Position numbers and translations under genes: made by a program
Shown: positions 44,900 through 63,048 of the stretch, in pieces
Layout of the letters: each line of letters opens with the position of its first letter
How positions within the stretch are numbered: position 1 is the stretch's first letter
Source: the human T2T-CHM13v2.0 reference genome, Homo sapiens
DNA length: 64,000 bases
Assembly (NCBI RefSeq): GCF_009914755.1
Contig: NC_060932.1
Strand: one strand, 5' to 3'
The notes under the pieces: generated by a model
Seen by the model: the letters and a program-made list of their open reading frames with translations, nothing else
Databases searched by the model: none
What the model was told of the DNA's origin: nothing

Positions 44900-47590
44900 T
44901 CTCATCCTATATAATGTATTTATGTATAATCAGTTATTTTCCATTGATTTATATGTTTATTCTTACAATATTACACTTGATTACTGTAGCTTTGTAATAA
45001 GTCTTGAAATCAAGTAATATAAGTTACACAGCATGCTTCTTTATTTTTCAAATTACTTATCTTGTTGGAGGTCCTTGTATTACCACATAAATGTTAGAAT
45101 CAGCTTATTAATATTTACAAAAGAGACTACTATCATTTGAAATTTAATTTTATTGAAATTGTAAACCAATTTGGAGAAAATTAATGTTTTAACAATATTA
45201 GATTTTCTGATCAAAGACAATATGTAGTGTCATTTATTAAGGTCTTTAACTGCAAAGTTTTGCAGATTTCAGTGTTGAATTTATTTCTAGTATTACACAG
45301 TTTGGGATGTTATTATAAATGTTATTGGTTTATTAATTTCAATATTCAGTCATTTGGTTTTAGTGTTTTGGAAATGCCAAAAATCCTTATTGTCCCTGTA
45401 TTCAATGAAGTTAGTAACATCCTTTCCCTATTTAGTAGCTATTTGTAGATTTGTTTATTTTTTATGTATACAATCATGTCATCTGTGAACAGTGTGTTTC
45501 TTTTTTCTTTCTAATCCACATGCTTTTATTTATTTCTCTTGTTATATATTAGTGTCTAGGTTCTGCTGTACAATAAAAATGTTTAGAGTAAGTATTCTTG
45601 TCTTGTTTGCAATCTTAGGGGAAAAGAGCTCAGTCTTTTAGCATCAAGTGTGACTTTAGCTATAAGCTTTACTTACATGATCGTTAAAAGAATGAGTAAC
45701 TTTCCTTCCATTCCTACTTGGCTGAGTGATTTTATCATAAGTGTCGAATTTTTGACATTTTTTTAGTTGACCATAAGATTTTGTTCTCTTTTATTTTGAC
45801 TAAATGGTAAAGTATAATGATTTACTCCTAAATATTAATCCAATATTTCATTCCATGGGGCCGAGGTGGCAGTGTGGGGGCAGGGGAGTGAACACATTTG
45901 TTCATGATATCTTATATATTGCTGTATTTGATTTATGATTATTTTAATGGTTTTTACAGCTATGTTCATGAGGGATTTTGTTTTCTTATACTGTTTCTGT
46001 CTGGTTTAAAGATCAAGATTATTCTTGCTTAATACAATGAATAAGGAGGTATTTTAATCTCTTCTATTTTTTGCAAGATTTTATGTTAATTTTGCTATTA
46101 TTTTTCATTAACTATTTTATAGCATTCCCCAGCGGAGACCAGTTGGCCTGGAGTTTTCTTTAATAATAGGCTTTTAATTAAGATTACATTTTTAAAACAG
46201 ATATAAGGATTTTTAAATTTTACTTCTTCTTGATTCAATTTTGGTAAATTGCATCTTTGAAAAACAACTTCTTTATTTTATCTCGGTATTAGATTTATTG
46301 ATGTAAAGTCATTCATATGATTCCTTATTGTCATTAACATCTATAGAATTTATAGCATCATCTCCCTCTCATCCTGATATTGATCATTTGTCTCCTCTGT
46401 TTTACTTAATCAGTCAGATTGAGATATTTACAAATAACTAGGTTTTGCCTTCAAAGATTTTTTTAAATTATTTGTTTTTCTTGCATTGCTTTCTGTCTTT
46501 GTTATTGTAATTTCCTTTTTTCTACTTATTTTGGGCTTAATTTAGTCTTCATTAACTAACTTCTTGTGGTGTCAATTTAAGTCATTTGCTTTAGACATTT
46601 CCTGATTCTGAAAATAAGCATTAAATTATACATTTCTTTCTAACTGCTGTTTAAGTTGCACTACACATTTTTCATGTGTGGTTGTTTCATTTTTCACTAG
46701 TTTCAAAATACTCTGAAATGCTTATGTTGTTTTTTTCTCTCCATGGATTATTTTGAATTGTACGGTTTAATTTCCAAAAATTTGTGATTTTTTTCAGTTA
46801 ACCCTGTTATTGACTTGTAGTTGTGATAAAAGAACATACTCTATATGATTTTAACTCTATTAAGTTATTAACAGCATATCCCAGTTTGCATTGGCCAGAA
46901 TTCTAGATCACTTTAAAAAATGACATATTCTGCTGTTGTTGAGTGGGTCTATTATATTCTGATTACTTATTTATCAATAACTGAGAGATGAGTATCTAAA
47001 TCTCCAATTATAATTGCAAACTGATCGATTTCTCCTGTTAGTTCTGTCCATTTTACTTAATGTATTTTAAGCTCTATTGTTAGTTGCATCCTTATTTATA
47101 TCTTTTTAATAAATGCAACCTAGCTCTTTAAAGTATCCCTATATATGCTGGTAATATTTCTTTTAATCTCATATTTATGTAGTCATTACAGCTTTATTAT
47201 TCTTAGTGTTTGCATGGTACACTTTTTATTCATCTTTTATTTTGAATCCATCTGTGCATTTATACATAAATGAGTTTCTTGTGACACCATATAGCTGGAT
47301 CTCACTTTTAAAGGTTTAGTCTGCCAAGATTAGCCTTCTGATTGGTGTTTTTAGACCACTTACATTTAATGAAAATTTGACAAGATTTAGTTAAAATATA
47401 CCTGTAATTTATTTTTTCCATATATTATTTCTGTATTTTTTTTCTATTTTCCTTTCCTTCTTTTAGAAGGAAATTTGAATTGTTTTTTGTTTTTATTATA
47501 AGTGCTTCATTTAATACCACTATTGGTTTATTAACTATACTTCTTTAATTATCTTAGTGGTCATTCTATGGTTTACAATATGCGTTTTTA
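44900..47590 (-). mobile_element. Old L1M (ORF2 region) fragments
   Basis: cttgattactgtagctttgtaataagtcttgaaatc, tacaatcatgtcatctgtgaa, aaatctccaattataattg, tttagaccacttacatttaatg. Confidence 0.7.
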
Positions 47591-47599
47591 GAACAAAAA

Positions 47600-48130
47600 T
47601 GAAAATGTTACAGAACACTGATAGATTCTGGATATATTTTGAAGGTAAAGAGATGATGATCTCCTAGTGAACTGGATATTATATGTTAGAGCAATAGAGA
47701 AGGCAAAGCTGATTCCAAAGTTGTTTGTGTGAGGGACTGGAAGGATAGAGTTTCCAAATGAATGAAAAGGATAAGTGTATAGTAGGTTTGGGTTTGGATG
47801 TAGAAACCAGGAATTCTCTCAGTTTTGGACATGTTGTTTAAAATAGACATCCAAGTGAAGAAATTAAGTACTCAAATATTAAATCAAATGTTTGGGAAAC
47901 ATATCTAATCTGAATTTGGGAGTTATAGCATAAGAATGTTATTTAAAGCCAGAAGACTAAACAAAGTTATCAAGATCGTGAGCGTAGGTAGACAAGAAAA
48001 GAGGAAGAAGGACTAAGCTGAAGGACTCAAGTACACATTAAACTTAAGAGAGGTGAGAAGAAACTAGTAAAGAAGACTGAGAAGAAAGTAACAGTGAGAA
48101 CAAGGAAAACAGAATATGTTGTCCTAGAAA
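47600..48130 (-). mobile_element. L2 fragment
   Basis: gatagattctggatatattttgaaggtaaag...agttttggacatgttg...agacatccaagtgaag. Confidence 0.6.
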
Positions 48131-48730
48131 GTATTATCTCCTTTCATTGCAGGTTTCAGTCACCTGCAGTGAAACTCTGCATTTATGTCCCACATTAATT
48201 AGATAGAAAGTTATATCTGATCTACCAGTGAATATTTCTGAATGATACCTCATTTCCACTGCCTTGCTTAAAATTTCCTTTGTGTGTCAGTTGCAGCTCC
48301 CGAGGAGTTCCCCCTTGGCCTCCATGTTCCCAGTCTCTGGTTCTGTTATCCATCATTCATACTGTAGCCACAGTAGCAAGCAGTTTAAAGAAAAAAAATG
48401 TAATCAACTGTTTGCAAGTCTTTGAGAGTGTCTTATTATCCAAAAGATAAATTTGTAAGTCCTTAGTATGATTTTCAAGTTCCTTCACAATATACCTCCT
48501 AGTTATCTCAAAAATCTCAACCCCATCACTTCATCTATATCCCAACAGTATAGCCATCCCATGTATTTATCATATTTATCAATACTTCTGCCTGGAACAA
48601 TTGTTTTCACACAGTCAATCTGCATTTATTCTCTCTAGTCCAATCCAACCGTCAAGTCTACTAGAAACTTTTTATTAATATCCCTAGGCAAAGATTCCCA
48701 AGAAGTTTATGCATAACTCCATTACAAGAT

Positions 48731-49161
48731 TGTTATGGGTTAAATTGTGTCCCCCTTCCAAAAAAAAAAGTAAATTGAAATCCTAACTTTTGTTACCTGA
48801 GATTTTGAACTTATTTGGAGACAAAGTCAGCAAAGAAGTCAACAAGTTAAAATGAGGTCATTAGGATGGGCCCTAATACAATATAATTTGGAGATAGACA
48901 CACACAGGTAGAATGTCATGTGAAATGAAGATAGAGATTGGAATGATACCTCTGCATGGAACATTAAAGATTGCCAGAAAACTACCAGAAACCAGGCAAG
49001 AGGCTTAGAATATATTTTCTCTCATAACCCTCAAAAGGGACTAACTCTGCCAACACCTTGATCTTAAACTTCTAGCCTCTAGAATGTGAGACAATATATT
49101 GTGTTGTTTAAGCCATACAGTTTGTGCTGTTTTGTTACAGTAACCCTAGCAAATTAATACA
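48731..49161 (+). mobile_element. MaLR solo LTR (MLT1B/C-like)
   Basis: TGTTATGGGTTAAATTGTGTCCCCC...gttaaaatgaggtcattagg...ctagcctctagaatgtgaga...ccctagcaaattaataCA. Confidence 0.85.
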
Positions 49162-50384
49162 AGAATATAATCCCACTTTTAGTTGTTTTTGTACCTATGT
49201 CAATGTGTACTAACATAATAATTTATTCATCACTGATCCACCAGCATTTGGTGAATATAGTAGTTTTTAAAATGGGTATCTATCTACATTAATAATACAA
49301 AAGTATTTTTGTGTATAAACACAGGGTCCTAAAGATATTTCTATTGGTCTTTGATGAAATGAAATACGTTCTTGGAAAAATAAAATTAATTATACTTGTG
49401 TGTATTATATGATTCTGTTATTTTTTAAACATTAAAACTTCATTTTGTAGCTACTTTACCCATTTCATGCAGAGACTTAATCTTTAATAGCAATGGTTAC
49501 CTCTATTCAGGTACCATGTACATATAAATTAACCTTTCAGCCACTTAACAAAGGAAAAGACTATAAGCTCTTCTGTAAACCTAAAGTAAGAAAACTATAT
49601 AGTAACCTAATAAAGGGACTAGAAAGCAGAGTTAAAAAAAAAACAAATAGCAAAACAGTGTACTGTAAATATCGTGAAGACTACAACAAATAAAAATGAT
49701 TAACATAAAATCCCAAGGCCTCAATGCTTCAGTTTTATTAATCAGCAAGTAGAGAGGTGAGATATAGACAAGGGAAGGAAGAGTCTGATCTGAATCCTAC
49801 TCAGTTCTGTTCTTCCGACATACAGACCTCCTGGACAGAAATAAAGTTAAAAGTCCCCGTGTTTGACTGGAAGAAGTTGAAAGAAATCCCCAGTATGTGA
49901 CAATTTCCCTATTTCACTGTCAAGCAAATACTTTCAGAAGAAAATCCAGTGTCTTAAATGTCCCTGTCTGACAGCTTTGAAGAGAGTAGTGGTTTTCCCA
50001 GCACACAGCTGGAGATCTGAGAACAGACAGAATGCCTCCTCAAGTGGGTCCGTGACTCCCAAGTAGCCTAACTGGGAGGCACCCCCCCAGTAGGGCCAGA
50101 CTGACACCTCACACGGCCGAGTACTCCTCTGAGACAAAACTTCCAGAGGAACGATCAGGCAGCCATATTTGCTGTTCACCAATATCCGCTGTTCTGCAGC
50201 CTCCGCTGCTGATACCCAGGCAAACAGGGTCTGGAGTGGACCTCCAGCAAACTCCAACAGACCTGCAGCTGAGGGTCCTGACTGTTTGTTAGAAGGAAAA
50301 CTAACAAACAGAAAGGACATCCACACCAAAACCCCATCTGTATGTCACCATCATCAAAGACCAAAGGTAGATAAAACCACAAAG

Positions 50385-51420
50385 ATGGGGAAAAAACAGA
50401 GCAGAAAAACTCTAAAAATCAGAGCACTTCTCCTCCTCCAAAGGAATGCAGCTCCTCACCAGCAATGGAACAAAGCTGGATGGAGAATGACTTTGATGAG
50501 TTGAGAGATGAAGGCTTCAGATGATCAAACTACTCTGAGCTAAAGCAGGAAGTTCGAACCCAGTCAAAGAAGTTAAAAACCTTGAAAAAAAATTAGACGA
50601 ATGGCTAACTAGAATAACCAATGCAGAGAAGTCCTTAAAGGACCTGATGGAGCTGAAAACGAAGGCATGAGAACTACGTGACGAATGCACAAGCCTCAGT
50701 AGCCAATTCAATCAACTGGAAGAAAGAGTATCAGTGATGGAAGATCAAATGAATGAAATGAAGTGAGAAGAGAAGTTTAGAGAAAAAAGAATAAAAAGAA
50801 ACGAACAAAGCCTCCAAGAAATATGGGACTATGTGAAGAGACCAAATCTATGTCTGATTGGTGTAACTGAAAGTGACGGGGAGAATGAAACCAAGTTGGA
50901 AAACACTCTGCAGGATATTATCCAGGAGAACTTCCTCAATCTAGCAAGGCAGGCCAACTTTCAAATTCAGGAAATACAGAGAACACCACAAAGATACTCC
51001 TCGAGAAGAGCAACTCCAAGACACATAATTGTCAGATTCACCAAAGTACACATAATTGTCAGATTCACCAAAGTTGAAATGAAGGAAAAAATGCTAAGGG
51101 CAGTCAGAGAGAAAAGTCGGGTTACCCACAAAGGGAAGCCCATCAGACTAACAGCGGATCTCTCGGCAGAAACTCTACAAGCCAGAAGAAAGTGGGGGCC
51201 AATATTCAACATTCTTAAAGAAAAGAATTTTCAACCCAGAATTTCATATCCAGCCAAAATAAGCTACATAAGTGAAGGAGAAATAAAATACTTTATAGAC
51301 AAGCAAATGCTGAGAGATTTTGTCACCACCAGACCTGCCCTAAAAGAGCTCCTGAAGGAAGCACTAAACATGGAAAGGAACAACCAGTACTAGCCACTGC
51401 AAAAACATGCCAAATTGTAA
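50385..51420 (+). pseudogene. L1 ORF1, disrupted
   Basis: MGKKQSRK then frameshifts and stops. C-terminal part KRPNL...YPAKIS is recognisable; contains a 27-bp duplication. Confidence 0.92.
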
Positions 51421-51483
51421 AGACCATCGAGGCTAGGAAGAAAATGCATCAACTAACGAGCAAAATAACCAGCTAACGTCATA

Positions 51484-55318
<3,835 letters not shown>

Positions 55319-55551
55319 ACAATGAGAACACATGGACACAGGAAGGGGAACATCACACACTGGGCCCTGTTATGGGGTGGGGGAAGAGGGGAGGGATAGC
55401 ATTAGGAGATATACCTAATGTTAAATGATGAGTTACTGGGTGCAGCACACCAACATGGCACATGTATACATATGTAACAAACCTGCACATTGTGCACATG
55501 TACCCTAAAACTTTAAGTATAATAAAAAAAAAGAAAAAAAATCCAGTGTCT

Positions 55552-56100
55552 AATGTGTACCAAACACTCTCTAGATGCTAGGAAAGTACCCAAGTCTCAC
55601 GTAGCCTTTATTCTCATGCAGGAAATGTACAAACAAGCTCAATAAGTAAAGACATAGTAAATTTTCTCCTTTGCTACATGCAATGGAGAAAAATAAAGCT
55701 GGGTTGTCAGATACAGAATATACTGGGAAGGAATGATTGAATTTGTAGGTAAGGTAGCCAGGGAGAAGACTTCAGTAAGATTATGTTTGAGTAGAGACAT
55801 AAAAGAGTTGAAAAACAGAGCCATGTTTAATCCCTCTAGGAGAAGAACATTCCAGCTAGAAGGGAAAATAAGTGCAACCATGAGAGAAGGCTTTACCTTG
55901 CATGACTAAGAAAGGATAGGAGACCATGAGAGAATGGGTAAGGTCAGAGAGGCAATGGGAGAAAAATAAATTGCGTAGACCTTGTAGCCATTGTAATGAC
56001 TTCTTGCTGTTGGTATTGAAAATAAATTGAAATAGGTCAAGGATGGATATAGGCAGATAAGTTTAGAGTGCCGCAATAATGCAGGTAAAAGACAATGATG
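55552..56100 (-). mobile_element. L2 fragments (probable host of the second L1 insertion)
   Basis: taatgtgtaccaaacactctctagatgctagg, tttgagtagagac, ggagaagaacattccagctagaaggg. Confidence 0.55.
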
Positions 56101-59100
56101 ATAAATGTTTTCCAGTTCTTTTCCTGCAAGAACAATGAAGTGTGATGCATGTATTGAATCTAAACTCTATCTGGGAGCAGGCAAGAACTCACTTGAGGCC
56201 AATGCTGGTAATTTTTATCCCATTTGCAAGGTCAAGAACAAAAGTACAAGTTGATCACAATAATTTTTAGCTGCTGTTTTCAGGGATAATTCACTTGAGA
56301 TTTGAGAGCCACTTAGAGCTGAATGTGGTGCTCCACAGACTTACAAACTGATAAGGCCACACAGGTCCTTAGAATACATTTTGGCCTAGGCTCCTATCCA
56401 TAGGTAATTCTCTACTCAAGGAGTTTAGACAGTTTACTTTCCTCTTTGTGTTTTGTGGTTCCATTTTGTATTTGCCTTAGCAAAAAGGCTATTTATAAAA
56501 TATAGAACTGAATAGATTATATTAAAGAATTATCATTGGTAGAAGAAACTTCTGAGTGACTTCTTAAATTGTTTCATTTGGCCAGTAGCAATTTTTCATA
56601 AAACCTGTAACATCATTCTTAATAATTTTTTCTGAACATTACTATGAAAAATAAATAAGAAAGTACTATGCACTTATAACCTTTTCTAAATTCCAATTAG
56701 TCATGTAAATATAGTGGTTTTTTTTTCTATCTGACCTACACTTTTCTCTTATTTGAACTTAGAAATTTAAGCTTGTTCTATTATCTTTTGAATTTATTTT
56801 CTGAAATGTCATGCCTTCCTATACTATCACTTTCTATAATGTCTACCTTTATATAGGTTCAAACACTTTTCCTGCCACATTTCTGTATTCAAAAAGAGAA
56901 AGTTAATACACTTTTATGACTGCACCTTTAAATTCTGATTTCTGCTTTTCTATAGGAAATATTTCACTAATTTATACTAACCCTAAATTTATGCGAAAAC
57001 ATAAACCTGTTGTATTTTTACCCTTCCCATTCCCATTCATCAGTCACCTCAAAAGCCTTTTTTATATATAATTCTTATTAAGCACTTGAGTAGATTCTTA
57101 TTTTCCACAAAAGAAAATAAACTCAAGGTACAAGCAAAGAAGAGCCTAGAAAAGTGGTTCATGACAGAACAAAGCTGCTAATGACACCCTCAGTGTTAAT
57201 GCTGAAACAGCATTCTTTGAATGTTGGAGATGTCTGGGAATGCAGGATTACATACCGTGAAGGTTCTTTGGTCAGCATAGTGAATGCAATGGTTCTGACT
57301 GATTAATGTATTCTTTGCCATGTCATACTCCATTACTTATCACAAAATGTGCATTTCTTGGTGCTGGTAAACATGTCGCATGTCTTACAGAAATTTTTGC
57401 TACATGGAAATGGATAAAAATACTAGGTAACATTTATTGAGAAATAAATATATGCTGCCACAAACCTGATTTTGCCATTCCTGTGCTTCGGGTACTGCAT
57501 CATTTTGAGATTGTCAAAAATGCTACAAACTTCTGCCTAATTTGACCATTACTGTATTCTCCAACATTAATTCTCATTCCAATTCCCTTGTTCTCTGTGC
57601 ACCAAGGCCACCTCTCAGTTGTTTAGCCAGATCACTCCATCTGGTCTGACAAGACTTGCCTATGCTATTCCCAGCACTGCAGTTTATAGAAGTGCCTTAT
57701 TTTCCCCCAAATCATACAGTTAGTAATGACATATTTGACCCCAGGTCTATTTGATTCCACATATCCACCTTTTCAAACACACACAAAAGTAGATAAGTAG
57801 TGAAAGCCATAGAAATGAGTACGTGATAAAATACACATGAACTCGGTCTTCTAGAATCCTTAGAAAAAGATGCCTGACCTCTTCTTTACATATTGGTGCT
57901 ATTGCTTAGAGTACTGATACAACTAACCCACAAGTCAACAAAGTGAAAATTATCATCAAGACATTATCAACTTTTGACTAAAAAGAACTTGGATGAATAA
58001 AATAATAAATTTCCTTAAATGGACTTTTAAACAATTTCTCATTATACCTAATTAACTTTTAGAAGCTATTAATTGACTGATCAATGAAAACCAATTGTTC
58101 TCACTTACCAGTGAAAATTCTTTGACAGATTACTTAATTTAATTCTTTAATGAAATAGTTTTGTTTTATGCCTGACAGTATTGGCAAGTCATCTTTTCTT
58201 CCAGGAATTCCTTTGGCTCTCCATTGTCATTAAAATCTAACTTAAACTACTTTTAATGCAGTATACTTCAGTGCTTTCTACATTTTTAACTAGTTCCGAT
58301 TGGCTGATTTTTACCTTTTTTGTTGCCAGAGTCTATGTCTGTAGGATATGAAAAATCAATCCTGATAAATGTGTTATTTATCACCATTCAGGTAGAAAAT
58401 AATAGTACCGCTGAATACATTTTTTTCTACTGATCTTAGTGTATTTGTGATAAAACAACCTAAAGCTCATCCTGTTCATTTACAGGTGTCCCACTTTATG
58501 TCAAGCTCTTTATCCAACCAGACTTCTTCTTCTCAGTGTCTATTCTTCAGAATCTAAATATGGTGTCCCACATGTTGAACGAGTTCTTTTTCTCCTTAAC
58601 ACTGTAACCTATGTTATCCATAGTCCTGTTACTAAAGTACCACTTCTTTTATCAGATTGCTTGTCAGTTATTGGGCTGAAATATTTTTCACATCAAATAC
58701 ATCACTTAAAGTAAGATAAAGTAAAAAAAACAATTGCAGAACTTCTTAAAAATATATCAGTGTACCTAATATTCCATAACTGTTGATTTCTAGGGAATTA
58801 CTTTCTCAGTAAAACTAAATGAATTAAATCCAGACTTGTACTCTGTGTCTATACCCTGAGGCTACAAATATCTTTGAAATATCTAAGCAGAATATAATTA
58901 GAAAGGCAGAATTCTTCTCTGCCCAAAATGTTCCAGCTTCAATACAAGCATCTCTGACTAATCTCTTAATGTCTACCTCTGCTACCCTTCACCTTCCAAA
59001 TTAGAGTAATCATTTTGAAACACAAATGTGAACAACTTCTGATCTCTTCACTGTTTTCACCTTCAAAATATTAGAAGAGTTTGTCATTGTTTTTAGCTGA

Positions 59101-61340
59101 AACCCAGTATATTTCACATCTCACACCAAACTCTCTCATGCACTCTCTGGCGTCTATCACACAGCCCTTTACTTTCTGAACATCAGAAACTCCCTGCCAC
59201 GGGGACATTGTACATGATGTGTCCTCTTCCTGGGAAGTTTTTCTCTCACCACTAACTCTTTTGAAAGAGCACCTTCTTCTTTTAGATCTAGTTCAAACCT
59301 CAGGCTTATATTTTCAAATATATTTATTTAAACTAGGTATTCAAATACCTATATTTAGGTATTTAGGTATAGGTATTCAAATACCTATATTTGAAAATAT
59401 AATATTTTTATTACCCCATTACATGTTCTTACATGATCTCAAAGCACTATGTCTATTTTCTCAAATACTTAATGTCTATTTTCTCCCACAGAGATAATCA
59501 TCCATAATTAATTATCATTAATTAATTCTCTAAAATCAAGAATTGTATGTGGCCAATGAATAAATGAATTAATTAATTAACAGATAAATTTGGTTGTAAT
59601 GCCATTTCTATCAAGAGAAAGTGAACCATTGATCAGGGGTAGTCACAATAGATAACAGACATGAGAAAAAGAAAAAGCAAGGACCCTGGAAACTCCATAC
59701 AATACTCTATTTTTTCCACTTTGGATACTTAACCTATCTCTTTTTGGTAACTAAGATATGCTCTCAATAGCCAGAGCATAACAGAGAGAATCCATTTCAC
59801 TCCAATGCTTATGATTATGACTAAGATTATAAGTTATATGCTTTTAAGATTGCCTTCATTCATGCAGTGTATAGTGAGAATTTAATTTGTAGCAAATATC
59901 TAACAGTGGATGGGAAGAAAAATGGCTTTACACACAAGAGGTTGCATGCTATAATAAAAAGAATCATAGAGTATGAAGCAAGGCCAAACTAAATTTGAAT
60001 CTTTGACTTCCAGGTTGGAAATATATAAAGTCTTAGCTGAGAAACCTTTAATGAGTCATGTCACCTGGTTTATTTCTATTAAATAAGGATAACATCTATC
60101 TGCCAAAGTTATTGTAATAAAATAACACAAAAAATATTAACTCTTGAGGTGATCATAGACCGTCCAGTCATGCAAGGTATTTGCAGCTGTTTCTGTTGGG
60201 GGCTATAGATGTTAATTTTGGTATGATTTTGATAATGATGATCATATTAGAGCAGAGCTGGGTGAAACAGAATCATCTTATATATAGAATAAGAATATTT
60301 CAAGTTTTTATGTTACCAAAAATAAACAAGACGTCATAAATTTTTAAACAAATTATTGTTTTAAAATATATTTTCTCCTTGGATTTATTTCTTTATAACC
60401 ATCATGGTTGATTAGTATTACAGATAAAGATTTCCATTTCTTTTATCGCACAAAGACATTTTCTCTAGATTATGCAATTATTGCAATTTCATCATTTTCT
60501 GATTATCCAGGAAAAACAAGTGATCAATACTGAGTAGCCTGAAGAAAACCAATTGAGGTAATTTAAATCAATATGTTTAACTTGCAATTATTTATACTAC
60601 ACATTTACAAAAACACAAAGGTTTGTTCACTGAAGCTTCATTTAGAGTGAGCAGAAATTTTGTCTAAGGATTCTATACTCGTGTTTCATTTCAAATTGGT
60701 AAAATAGAAGCTTAAATGATTTTTTATGTCTACAATGAATAATTTGTTCCACTTTCAGTTGCAAATGCATTAAAATACTTCTTTGAATATGATGGCAAAT
60801 ATTCATATATTAAAAGAATTCTAAACTTGTGAACATTAGGATAGATGACATTGTCCTTGAAGATAATAGAGCAATTGGGTATTTTTTATTTTTATTTTGT
60901 AATTTGAAATTGGGTAAATATTATTTTTCACTTCAGTAATTCTTTTCTGAAAATCTGATAACCCCTTATTGATGGAAAAGACTAGTGCTTAACACTGTCA
61001 ACACCAATATAATAATATAGAAAAATTTAGGTGAAAATAATCTTTATAAAATCTAATTCATGAAGAATTCCCAACTAAAGAGAAGGCGAGGGGATTTTTT
61101 GAAAATGTCCCCCCAATCAGCTCTGAGGCAAAAAAGAAATTCTCTTATTTCTTGTATGTCATAATACTCTCACATATTTATACAGCACATTAGAGAATGC
61201 TTTTACATATGTTATATAATTTGATCTCTACAATGACCCTGTGAGGCAATTAAAAGAGGCTAATATTACCTCAAAGCAGTCAAGTACAATTTTAAAATTG
61301 GTTACCTGGTAAGAGAAAGGCAGAAATGCCTTTCTCTCAC

Positions 61341-61371
<31 letters not shown>

Positions 61372-62529
61372 CAGTTAATTCAGTGATATTTCCACAATAC
61401 TACAAGTCATTTTTTTCCTCCATTGGCATTTTTATATATATGCAAATGGAAGAAGAAAGATAAGCACAGCATTTTTATGTGAGAAAAAATACTGTGAAAA
61501 GTGACTTCAAAATCATCATTAAGGAGATACAGGGAAATATGCTAAAAAATGCAAATGTAATTTAAGCATATGGCCCCAAAACAAATGTAAACCTATAATA
61601 TATTTAGTCTGATGATACTACCAAAATATTACAAAAATGCTTCAGGAAAGCAGCATGCCAATCATAAATCTCATAATTAATAATAAATCCCTTAATTCAA
61701 GTTTCTCATCATCACTGTTAAGCAAGAAAAAAAGTGCAGTGGATATAGATAGCCAATCTTAAAACACAGTAGACCCAAAATTGGTGACAGTGTGGCATTC
61801 AATTATTTTTCACAACCTGCATATTTCAGTTGGCTGACATCAAGTAATCATTTGAGTTGATTAAGAAGCCAGCAATGAGTTAGTGTGAGACACCATTTTG
61901 CTTATCTGATTGTGCCCATTCTGGTCATAAGATGCCTATGCATGGCAAGAAATGGAGGAGCTCTTTAATTCTCATCTTTATGAAGATAGCAAGCCAATTT
62001 GCTGAAAATGACTAAATCTAACTTCTTTGGTAAAAAATACAAATAACTTCAGCAAAACTATATACGACTCAAATATATTTTTCAATGTTTATAATTTTCA
62101 GTTCCTTTTCTCTCTGTATTGAAGATAACCATCAATTAGTATGATTAATGGAATTATTCCTGTAGAAATTCGAGTTGGGACTTCTCATGCCCTAGATTGT
62201 TCTAGACTAGTTGTTAATCTTCATTGTGTCCCACAATTTTTTATGGCAGTCTTCAATGGAAAGTTGTTTCTTTGTTTTAGGGTTCATATTTTTACTTACA
62301 GAAAATAACCTCTGAATGCTCAGTTTGTCTTAACAGTGACCTGATTAAAAGTTTACTTCCCTGAAATTCATTCATCAAAATGGTGGCAACCAGCTTTATT
62401 ACTTAATCTGGCGACAACTTTTGTTAGTTGATTTAGGCATGCACACCCATTCTTCTGTTCCACAGCATATTGCCCTGCTGATAGTATCTCTACTAACCAT
62501 TCTTACTTAGTAGTAATAATAGGAAGCTG

Positions 62530-62708
62530 TTGGAGTATATCTCTAGTTTCCAGAGGAGGCTGGCGTATGAGTCCCTGAACTGAGAGAGGAAGGTACACAC
62601 TCAATGTAGGTGGGCTCCATCCAATCAGATGGGGACCCAAATAGAACAAAAAGGCAAAGGAAAAGTGAATTAGTGTGCTCTCTCTCTCGCTGTCTCTCTG
62701 TCTCTCTG

Positions 62709-62757
<49 letters not shown>

Positions 62758-63048
62758 TTCTGTCTCCTGCTGGAGCAGAGACATCCTGTTTTTCCAGCCC
62801 TTGGAAATCAGAACTTCAGCTTCTCTTGCCTTGGGGTTCTGGAACTTACCCCAGTGTCCCCAACCCCCAACTGGGTTCTCAGGCTTTCAGCCTTGAACTA
62901 AGAGTTATACAATTGGCTTTTGGCCTTTTAGACTTGGACTGAGGCAGTCACCAGCCTCCCAAATTCTCTAGTTTATAGATGGCCTGTCATGGAGCTCCTC
63001 AGCCTCCATAATTGTATGAGCCAATTCCCCTACTAAATTCTCTCTCTC
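62530..63048 (+). mobile_element. MLT2-like ERVL LTR with an internal (CT)/(CTGTCT)n microsatellite (62678-62765)
   Basis: ctcaatgtaggtgggctccatccaatcag...aatagaacaaaaaggcaaagg...ctcagcctccataattgtatgagccaattcccc. Confidence 0.8.

Noticed and set aside
56284-56403. Possible 120-nt exon (ttttcag...TAG|GTAATT)
   Set aside because: Stops in all three frames and a weak donor; no independent support.
62503-62942. ERETETER / SLSLSL low-complexity ORFs
   Set aside because: These are translations of a CT/CTGTCT microsatellite within an MLT2 LTR.
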